From Nanobdellota archaeon (lineage in GTDB: Archaea > Nanobdellota > Nanobdellia > Parvarchaeales > Parvarchaeaceae), in assembly GCA_021791655.1 (NCBI GenBank), contig JAJYWD010000001.1:98856-162855 (forward strand): a DNA stretch of 64,000 bases. Reading direction: 5' to 3'. Both the position numbers and the translations under genes were made by a program. Every line of letters begins with the position of its first letter. Position 1 is the first letter of the stretch. Below, piece after piece: positions 31,011 through 38,479 of the stretch. The notes under the pieces are model-generated. The model had not been told where the DNA came from, did not search any database, and saw nothing but the letters and a program-made list of their open reading frames with translations.

Positions 31011-31472
31011 ATGTCTAGAAAAGCGGTGTTTGTAGACCGTGACGGTACCATAAATCGCGACTGTCCGTACTGCCATGATCCGAAAGATTTAAAGATATAC
31101 GAAGACACGGCTAACATACTTAAGCGCTATCAGGAGGAGGGATACCTGATAATAATAGTGACGAACCAATCCGGCATAAATCGGGGCTATCTCTCGGAGG
31201 AAGAATTCAACAGGTTCCAGAAAGCAGTGCTTGGTGAACTGGATAAGAGGGGCGTGCACGTTGTGGCCACTTATCACTGTCCCCATACACCGTGGGAAGG
31301 TTGCAGTTGCCGAAAACCGAATATAGGACTAATTGAGCAAGCACGCAAGGACTTTGACATCGATCTTAGGGGCTCGGTAATGATAGGCGATAACGACGCC
31401 ACGGACGGCGAACTGGCCAAGAAATTGGGCATAAAGTGCATAATCCTAGATAAGAACCGACAAGGAAATTAA
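31011..31472 (+). CDS. gmhB: D-glycero-D-manno-heptose 1,7-bisphosphate phosphatase (GmhB)-like HAD
   Basis: DRDGTIN, VTNQSGI, CPH....CSCRKP zinc site and MIGD. ATG at 31011. Confidence 0.85.
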   Translation: MSRKAVFVDRDGTINRDCPYCHDPKDLKIYEDTANILKRYQEEGYLIIIVTNQSGINRGYLSEEEFNRFQKAVLGELDKRGVHVVATYHCPHTPWEGCSCRKPNIGLIEQARKDFDIDLRGSVMIGDNDATDGELAKKLGIKCIILDKNRQGN

Positions 31473-31540
31473 TAGTCGAGCATGAGGAATACCTCGGAAC
31501 TACAAAATTTGGGCGATTTTATGCATTTCTTGCCAGAATA

Positions 31541-31563
31541 TTATTCCTTAATATAAGGAATAA
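31541..31563. repeat. Perfect inverted repeat in the gmhB-sua5 spacer
   Basis: TTATTCCTTA-ATA-TAAGGAATAA, 10-bp arms. Confidence 0.6.
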
Positions 31564-31719
31564 CAAAATTACGAAATACACTACCGCCACTCCCGCTATT
31601 ATTCCCATACTCTACACCTTCCACATTGATTATATGATACTAACTTACATAAATAATTTTCCATGCGTTATGTTTCCTTACATTTAACGTTTTTATACAC
31701 GGAATCCGAGATTTCACCA

Positions 31720-32760
31720 ATGATATTGAAGACTAATCCGTTAGATCCGAACCCAGAAAACATAGCCGTGGCCGCCGATGCAATAAAGAGGGGCGAGCTG
31801 GTTGCATTTCCTACTGAAACCGTGTACGGGCTTGGTGCGGATGCAACCAACTCAGTCGCGTGTTCAAAAATATTCGAAGCAAAGGGTCGTCCGAATGATA
31901 ATCCTCTGATAGTCCATGTTTGTTCTCTCGAAATGGCGGATAAGTTCGCTCATATCCCCGAAGAGTTCCGCCACGTAATAGAGAGAATTTGGCCGTCTCC
32001 CATAACCTTCATAGTGAATAAAAAAAGAGGATTATCCGACCTAGCTACGGCCGGACTCGACACCGTGGGACTAAGAATGCCGGCGCACAAAATTGCCCTC
32101 AAACTAATAGAAGAGGCAGGAGTTCCGCTAGCTGCGCCGAGCGCCAACAAATCCGGGAGACCATCACCTACAACGGCCGGCGATGTAATCGAGGATTTGG
32201 ATGATAGCATCGGCGTGGTGTTAGATGGTGGTCCCTCATTTTTCGGCGTAGAATCTACGATAATAGACCTTCGCAGTTTTACCGTAGTAAGACCTGGGCC
32301 ATTTACACCAGAAGAGATAGCCGAGAAGTTCGGCCGTACGCCGCTGATGTTAAAGGACACCGAATCACTGGTTAAGCCGATAAGCCCCGGTCTAAAGTAC
32401 AGGCACTACGCACCGGTCACACCCCTTTTCCTGTTCGCTGGAGATGTTAGTAGACTAAAGCAGATGTCGGGCGGAGAAAAGAGGATTGCATTCTTGGGTT
32501 CTGAAGAGAGCTGTTCACGCATAGATAGCACTAGCATAGAAAAGATCGCGATGGGCAGCGATAAGGATTTGTATAGCATAGCTAGAAACCTGTTCGGTTC
32601 GCTGAGAAAGCTGGACGAGCTGCACGTTAATCTCGGTCTGATAGAGCCTTTCGAGGAGGGAGGTATAGGATTTGCGATAATGAACAGGGTGCGGAAAGCC
32701 GCAGGCGGACGGACCATCTCGGACTCCGCAGAACTGGCGTCTTTATCTTTGGAGACATAA
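31720..32760 (+). CDS. sua5: L-threonylcarbamoyladenylate synthase (Sua5 type)
   Basis: AFPTETVYGLGA, KGRPNDNPLIVH, APSANKSG and PGLKYRHYAP; Sua5 C-terminal domain. ATG at 31720. Confidence 0.95.
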   Translation: MILKTNPLDPNPENIAVAADAIKRGELVAFPTETVYGLGADATNSVACSKIFEAKGRPNDNPLIVHVCSLEMADKFAHIPEEFRHVIERIWPSPITFIVNKKRGLSDLATAGLDTVGLRMPAHKIALKLIEEAGVPLAAPSANKSGRPSPTTAGDVIEDLDDSIGVVLDGGPSFFGVESTIIDLRSFTVVRPGPFTPEEIAEKFGRTPLMLKDTESLVKPISPGLKYRHYAPVTPLFLFAGDVSRLKQMSGGEKRIAFLGSEESCSRIDSTSIEKIAMGSDKDLYSIARNLFGSLRKLDELHVNLGLIEPFEEGGIGFAIMNRVRKAAGGRTISDSAELASLSLET

Positions 32761-32770
32761 TTAGGAGTGT

Positions 32771-33325
32771 ATGGACAAGGAACTGATATTCGTAAGCACC
32801 AATGCACACAAAGCCGAAGAGATTATCAGTCTCGGCAGAAAACACGGCATAAAAATAAACCCTGTCTTGGGAGAAAAACTGGAGATACAAGCTATTGATA
32901 CGAGAGACGTAGCGAGGACCGCTGCAATAATGCTTTTTAACAGCATAAGGAAGCCCATGTTCGTGGACGATTCAGGCCTGTTTATAGATGCCCTTGATGG
33001 GTTCCCCGGTGCGATTGCACACTTTGTCAGCAAATCCTCCGTGCTTAATATGCTCAGCGGCGTGAAGAACAGGGATGCGCACTTCAAGACTTCGATTTGC
33101 TATGTGGACGAGGACGTGGCGAAAATATTCGAGGGCACCGTAAGCGGCAGAATTGCGTCCGAGCCCCAGGGCGATAGGGCATTCGGGTTCGACTCCCTAT
33201 TTATCCCGATTGGAGAAGAAAAGACATTCGCACAGATGAGCATAGAAGAGAAAAGCAAATACTCGCACAGGGCGAGGGCGTTCGAAAAACTTGCAAAATA
33301 CGTTTTGGACGGTAAAGTCTTATAA
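32771..33325 (+). CDS. rdgB: Non-canonical purine NTP pyrophosphatase (Ham1/RdgB)
   Basis: STNAHK, DDSGL, GFPG, FGFDSLF and KYSHRARA. Confidence 0.93.
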   Translation: MDKELIFVSTNAHKAEEIISLGRKHGIKINPVLGEKLEIQAIDTRDVARTAAIMLFNSIRKPMFVDDSGLFIDALDGFPGAIAHFVSKSSVLNMLSGVKNRDAHFKTSICYVDEDVAKIFEGTVSGRIASEPQGDRAFGFDSLFIPIGEEKTFAQMSIEEKSKYSHRARAFEKLAKYVLDGKVL

Positions 33326-33354
33326 TTGCTGGCGTTGTTATAAACTTGTAATTT

Positions 33355-33948
33355 ATGATAGTTGTAGACATAGAAACTAGCGGGCTAGATCCTACAAAGA
33401 ACTCAATCCTGAGCATAGGTGCTATCGAATTCGAAAGGCCTTCAAACCAGTTCTATGACGAGTGTCGTGCGCGAGAGGGGTCGGAGATAGAGGCGTCGGC
33501 ACTAGCTATAAATGGTTTCACGCGAGATGGGGCTCTCTCCAATAAGAAGAGCGTTAAGGAACTGTTGCTGGGATTTCAGGCGTGGCTACAGACCACTGGC
33601 GATAGGACTATTGCGGGACACAATGTCTCGTTCGACGTGTCATTCCTAGAATTCTCTTCTAAATTGTACGGAATTAATCTCGGCTTGGGACATAGGAATG
33701 TTGATACGCACGCCTTAACATACGCAAGTTACATGAAGCGCGGTATGAAACCACCGACGAAGTCGAGTAAGTCGGACATAAACTCCGATGCGGTTCTCGC
33801 ATATTGCGGCCTGCCAGCAGAGCCAAAGCCGCACAATGGCCTTGTCGGTGCGAAAATGGAAGCCGAAGCGCTCTCGCGACTGATTCTCGGCAGACTGCTG
33901 TTTAAAGAGTACTCTGGTTTTGGAGTCCCAGACTACCTGCTCTTATAA
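33355..33948 (+). CDS. DnaQ-like 3'-5' exonuclease (DEDDh-like)
   Basis: ExoI DIETSG, ExoII GHNVSFD and ExoIII-like PHNG. Confidence 0.85.
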   Translation: MIVVDIETSGLDPTKNSILSIGAIEFERPSNQFYDECRAREGSEIEASALAINGFTRDGALSNKKSVKELLLGFQAWLQTTGDRTIAGHNVSFDVSFLEFSSKLYGINLGLGHRNVDTHALTYASYMKRGMKPPTKSSKSDINSDAVLAYCGLPAEPKPHNGLVGAKMEAEALSRLILGRLLFKEYSGFGVPDYLLL

Positions 33949-34006
33949 TAAGTCCCCCAATTCCTCGGCGGCTTAGCCTTTTAAAGTTGGTTTAACAGTA
34001 AATATT

Positions 34007-34774
34007 ATGGGTCTGCTCGAATTTTTTGCTATTGCGATAATCGGTTTTTTGGTTTTCATTGGGCTGGTAATCGGGGGCGTGTATCTGCTGTTGAGGATTT
34101 ACTTCCCAGCGGCGGCTAATGCCATAGGTAGCTTCGTGTCAGCGTTTTTCAGTGGCGCTTCGAGTAACAGTTCGTTTTCCTCAGCCGACCTTAATTTCAC
34201 CTACAGTGGCAACTGGATACAATTCGCGCCTAGCACACTTATGGACTTTTTCGGGTCCAACAATAGCATTCTGCATACGAATCTTACACAAAACGCGTCA
34301 ATGCCGGTTGCACTAGTCCCGTCTTCCTTAATCAGCTATGCGATTCTTAACCTACCTTCGGTAATATCGTCCATCAGAAACGGGAGTCTTAGCTACACAC
34401 TCGGATCGTTTCTGAACCAATTCTCAATAATAGTTGTCTATAGGGCCGTGTCAGAAAACGCTTCCATTCCGTTGCTCTCAAACATATCGCTGTCGAATAG
34501 CGCCTCATTTTCCGGCTTATCAATGAAAGTAAGTTCGCGCTTTCCCAGCGCCGTAATAAAAATGATAAATCTATCGGGAGCGCCCGGCGTGCTTTTCGTG
34601 ATTAGAAACTATACTTTATCCGCCCTACAGAACATTAGTCTGATAGAAACCGCCGTCTCAAGGATTAACGATACGCTCTGTCTTGTGGTGGGCGTTTCTG
34701 TTTCGGAGCTTCAGGTGCATCAGGAGAACTCCACATTTGCACGCGTAATAGACAGTGTGACTTGCAAGGGCTAA
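34007..34774 (+). CDS. N-terminally membrane-anchored extracellular protein, unknown function
   Basis: Hydrophobic N-terminal helix; Ser/Asn-rich with many sequons. Confidence 0.65.
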   Translation: MGLLEFFAIAIIGFLVFIGLVIGGVYLLLRIYFPAAANAIGSFVSAFFSGASSNSSFSSADLNFTYSGNWIQFAPSTLMDFFGSNNSILHTNLTQNASMPVALVPSSLISYAILNLPSVISSIRNGSLSYTLGSFLNQFSIIVVYRAVSENASIPLLSNISLSNSASFSGLSMKVSSRFPSAVIKMINLSGAPGVLFVIRNYTLSALQNISLIETAVSRINDTLCLVVGVSVSELQVHQENSTFARVIDSVTCKG

Positions 34775-34795
34775 TCCTATAGTGAATTGTGGGCC

Positions 34796-35146
34796 TTATT
34801 TATTAGAGGGTTTTCCATCCCTCCACTTTTTTGATATTATGACGGCCAGGCCCAGGATAAATATTATGGCGCCCATATCGTACACCACTATACCCAATTG
34901 GTCACCGTCGTAGAAGATACCGGATGCGCTTAAGCCCATCCCTATAGCGAAGAAGAAATTAAGCGACATCACAAGTACGAACAGGAACACGCTCTTCTTG
35001 CTCAGGACTATCCTCTGTATCGATACGCCGATATTCTTGTAAAATGGGCGTACGAACTTTTGTATACTATATATAGCAAATACCGAGAGTATCGCCATCA
35101 CAATAGTTATCCCTATACTAGACGTCGCGTTCGAAGACAGAACCAT
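34796..35146 (-). CDS. Small 3-TM membrane protein, type B copy 2
   Basis: IYSIQKFVRPFY matches IYSIQRFIRSFY in 35572..35892. Confidence 0.75.
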   Translation of the reverse strand: MVLSSNATSSIGITIVMAILSVFAIYSIQKFVRPFYKNIGVSIQRIVLSKKSVFLFVLVMSLNFFFAIGMGLSASGIFYDGDQLGIVVYDMGAIIFILGLAVIISKKWRDGKPSNK

Positions 35147-35148
35147 AA

Positions 35149-35493
35149 TCAGGCAAACCTCCCGAATCTAAGCGCCCACATAGTAGTTACTATAGACACC
35201 ATAAGATAATCGCCACTTCCCATAAGTTCTGCCACTATCTTCAGCGTATCATTTGACACGTAAAGTGCGTAAGCGAATATAGCACTAAGTACGATGACTA
35301 TTACGGATGCGATTATAAGTGCGGAGAACTCCCATTTTGACTCTCCCTCCCTTAATGACCAGAATCTTATCGGTGCATTGTCACGACGGTGCTTTATCAA
35401 GGCGTAGATTGCAACCGTTGAAAAGCCGGATGCGACTATGCCGTTTATCATTTCGAAAATGGCCCAATAAAAGTGGAATTGGTCGTATGTCAT
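35149..35493 (-). CDS. Small 3-TM membrane protein, type A copy 2
   Basis: MTYDQFHFYW...APIRFWSLRE...DYLMVSIV matches 35889..36233. Alternative upstream start at 35532. Confidence 0.75.
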   Translation of the reverse strand: MTYDQFHFYWAIFEMINGIVASGFSTVAIYALIKHRRDNAPIRFWSLREGESKWEFSALIIASVIVIVLSAIFAYALYVSNDTLKIVAELMGSGDYLMVSIVTTMWALRFGRFA

Positions 35494-35571
35494 AGTTGGA
35501 TTATGGTTATGTTCCCATATTAATCTAATCATTTTTGTGGCAGTGTTATACGTAGTGTAACGAATTCGCCT

Positions 35572-35892
35572 CTATTTTTCTCGCCATTTACGTGCTATAT
35601 CAAGTGAAAAAAGAAGCATAAATAAAGATATCCCTACAAGATATATGATTATCGCAAAGTTATCTGCCTGTGCCACAATTCCTGTGATTCTCAGCCAAAA
35701 GCCTATGGTAAATACCACGTTTAATAGCATCACCATAGCGAAGAGACGCGTGCCTTTATTACTAAGCACCATCTTCTGGACCGCCAGACTCGTATTTGTG
35801 TAGAAGCTCCTAATAAATCTCTGTATGCTGTAGATTGTAAACAAACCTAATACGCCTATTATTGCAACCGTAGTTATGACTGTCTGGCTCAT
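35572..35892 (-). CDS. Small 3-TM membrane protein, type B copy 1
   Basis: ATG at 35892 overlaps the stop of the upstream type A gene (ATGA); paralog of 34796..35146. Confidence 0.75.
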   Translation of the reverse strand: MSQTVITTVAIIGVLGLFTIYSIQRFIRSFYTNTSLAVQKMVLSNKGTRLFAMVMLLNVVFTIGFWLRITGIVAQADNFAIIIYLVGISLFMLLFSLDIARKWREK

Positions 35893-36233
35893 ATAAACCT
35901 GATGAACTCCCTCGCCCATATCACTATAACAACCGAAACCATAAGATAATCGACTGTGCCTATAAGCTCTCCAAGCATCTCCAAAGTGTAAGACGATACA
36001 TACGTTCCGTATGCGAAGACCACGCTTAGCACCACCATGAGCATGGCGGCTATCGACAGAACTATGAATTCATTTCTTGACGCGCTTTCTCTGAGCGCCC
36101 AAAAGCGTATAGGAGCCTTATCTTTTCTATGCTTTGCAAGCCCGTAAACGGCTATAACGGCAGGGATTGAGACTACCGCTCCATTAAGAAGCTCGAACAA
36201 CGACCAGTAAAAGTAAAATTCCTGGTATGTCAT
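35889..36233 (-). CDS. Small 3-TM membrane protein, type A copy 1
   Basis: MTYQEFYFYW...APIRFWALRE...DYLMVSVV; three hydrophobic segments. Confidence 0.75.
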   Translation of the reverse strand: MTYQEFYFYWSLFELLNGAVVSIPAVIAVYGLAKHRKDKAPIRFWALRESASRNEFIVLSIAAMLMVVLSVVFAYGTYVSSYTLEMLGELIGTVDYLMVSVVIVIWAREFIRFI

Positions 36234-36319
36234 CTAAGCCTGACTCCACGCGTATATAAAAAAGCACCTTCTAAATACCGATCTCGTAAGCTTTTATCCA
36301 ATTAGTAATAGGTAACTCT

Positions 36320-36979
36320 GTGGAAAAGATTCGTCTGCTGGACAGTGCTAAAGCCGAGCTAGCGATTCGTAAGTTAAAGGAAGCGTACCCCAACGCCAAG
36401 TACTATCTCAATTTTAAGACCCCCATCGATTTGCTGGTAGCAGCGATACTCTCCGCTCAGACAAGGGATGTCATTGTAAATAAAATAACACCGGCATTGT
36501 TCGCAAAATACAGGACCGCAAGCGGCTATGCAGATGCAGACGAGTCAGAACTGCTGAGTATGATCAATAACGTCACCTTTGCCGCCAACAAAGCAAAGAA
36601 TATAATAAAGACGTGCAGGATTCTCATAGAGCAGCACGGCGGAAAGGTTCCCGAAACCATGGAGGAGCTTACAGCACTACCTGGCATCGGCAGGAAAACT
36701 GCCAACACGATTCTTATAAACGCGTACGATAAGGTAGAAGGAATTCCAGTCGATACGTGGGTGATAAAAGTCGCTTTTAGGACGGGTCTTACCAGTGAAA
36801 AGAACCCAGATAAGATAGAGAGTGATTTAACGCGGACCGTCGACAAGAATGATTGGGGGCGTATATCCTATGTCCTTAAGGCGCACGGACACGCCATATG
36901 CCACTCGACCCTACCATTGTGCAGCAAGTGCGTCATTAATAATCTGTGCCCGAGAAACGGCGTGGAAAAGTCCTTGTAA
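36320..36979 (+). CDS. nth: Endonuclease III
   Basis: LLVAAILSAQ, HhH LPGIGRKTA, PVDT and the 4Fe-4S motif C-x6-C-x2-C-x5-C. Confidence 0.93.
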   Translation: MEKIRLLDSAKAELAIRKLKEAYPNAKYYLNFKTPIDLLVAAILSAQTRDVIVNKITPALFAKYRTASGYADADESELLSMINNVTFAANKAKNIIKTCRILIEQHGGKVPETMEELTALPGIGRKTANTILINAYDKVEGIPVDTWVIKVAFRTGLTSEKNPDKIESDLTRTVDKNDWGRISYVLKAHGHAICHSTLPLCSKCVINNLCPRNGVEKSL

Positions 36980-36986
36980 CTCTTAC

Positions 36987-37736
36987 TCAGACCTCCAGAG
37001 TTACCGGTACGTGGTCAGAACCCTTTGTTTCATCCATTATTCCGACTGACCTTACGCGCGGGCAGAGCTCGTTGGATACGAGGAAATAGTCTATACGCCA
37101 TCCTATGTTATTTTCTCTGGCTCCCGCTCTGTAAGTCCACCACGTGTAGTGACCCCCATCGCTCACAAATAGCCTGAACGTATCGGTGTAACCGTGTTTT
37201 ATAAGTTCTGACATCCATGCCCTCTCCTCCCCTGTGAAGCCTGCATTGCCCCGGTTTGCCTTCGGTCGTGCTATGTCCCTTTCTTCATGTGCTACGTTGA
37301 AATCCCCACCGACTATAACGGGTTTGTTTTTCCTAAGCATCTCTAGGTAAGTCAAGAACCTATCATCGAATTCCAGTTTAAAATTCAGCCTGGACAAGTC
37401 TCTCCGTGAATTAGGAAAGTAGGCATTAACGACATAGAAGTCATCTAATTCCACCGTGAGCACCCTTCCTTCATTATCAAATTTTTCTTCTCCTACACCG
37501 TAAATCACTGCAGACGGTTTTGATTTTGTGAGAGTCAGCGTCCCACTGTACCCCTTTTTCGTTGTAGCTGGCTGCATAAAGGCGTGGTAATCCTCGGATC
37601 TCAATTCTAATGGCATTACCTCTGTCTTTATCTCCTGCAACATTACTACGTCAAAATAGCCGGATAGGAGTGTTTGAAGAGCGCACCTCTTAATCACGTT
37701 TCTCAACCCATTTACATTCCACGAGACCAGTCTCAT
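36987..37736 (-). CDS. xth: Exodeoxyribonuclease III / AP endonuclease
   Basis: SWNVNG, LQEIK, YFPN, GDFNVAH, GWRIDY and SDHVP. Confidence 0.95.
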   Translation of the reverse strand: MRLVSWNVNGLRNVIKRCALQTLLSGYFDVVMLQEIKTEVMPLELRSEDYHAFMQPATTKKGYSGTLTLTKSKPSAVIYGVGEEKFDNEGRVLTVELDDFYVVNAYFPNSRRDLSRLNFKLEFDDRFLTYLEMLRKNKPVIVGGDFNVAHEERDIARPKANRGNAGFTGEERAWMSELIKHGYTDTFRLFVSDGGHYTWWTYRAGARENNIGWRIDYFLVSNELCPRVRSVGIMDETKGSDHVPVTLEV

Positions 37737-37817
37737 ATTATAGCATGCCCACCGCGATTTATAACTCGCAGCGAAACTATAAGTAGCATGAGGACTAGGT
37801 TATAAGAAGGACGAGCT

Positions 37818-38438
37818 ATGGCTGAAAATGGAGAGAAACCTGCAGCACCGGGTCAATATTACATAAAGAACTGGATAATCTATGCCGTACTCGGTGCTCC
37901 GCGCGTTCCTTTGGCTTCTTGGAGGCTGGTGGTTGACGGGCTCGTAAAACGCCCCATAGAACTTAGTTTCAAGGACATCACATCAAGGAAAGCTAAAGAA
38001 CTCAGAAGCGATTTCGATTGCGTTACCCACTGGAGTATAAAGGACGTTTCGTGGAAAGGCACACCGCTCAAAGATTTGATACGAGAAGCGGGACCGCTAC
38101 CGGAAGCCGCATGGGTCATGTTCGGGTGCTGGGACGGGTACACTACTCCAGTAGCGCTTGAAGACGCGCTGTCGGACGACGCGATAATAGCCTATGAGAT
38201 AAACGGCAAGCCACTCAGAACGGAACAGGGTTTCCCTGTCAGGCCTTACATAGAACACCTGTACGGCTGGAAGAGCGCCAAATGGCTGAACAAGATATCC
38301 CTAATAAGTGAGTACAAGGATGGTTATTGGGAAGCTTACGGTTACCATGAGCGCGGTAATAAGTGGAAAGAAGAAAGGTTTATCAGCAATAAATGGCAGA
38401 GGGTTAAGAAAACAGTGGTTGGCATGCTTAAGGTGTGA
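37818..38438 (+). CDS. Sulfite-oxidase-like molybdopterin oxidoreductase (MsrP/YedY-like, no signal peptide)
   Basis: DFDCVTHWS (Mo-Cys), GFPVR, YGWKSAKWL and GYWE..GYH. Confidence 0.88.
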   Translation: MAENGEKPAAPGQYYIKNWIIYAVLGAPRVPLASWRLVVDGLVKRPIELSFKDITSRKAKELRSDFDCVTHWSIKDVSWKGTPLKDLIREAGPLPEAAWVMFGCWDGYTTPVALEDALSDDAIIAYEINGKPLRTEQGFPVRPYIEHLYGWKSAKWLNKISLISEYKDGYWEAYGYHERGNKWKEERFISNKWQRVKKTVVGMLKV

Positions 38439-38479
38439 AATAAGCATGTTTTTAATAATGGCTGTTTTTAATTTACCTT

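Noticed and set aside
31539-31622. Short minus-strand frame MEGVEYGNNSGSGGSVFRNFVIPYIKE
   Set aside because: Only 27 codons, GTG start, no SD site and no recognisable motif.
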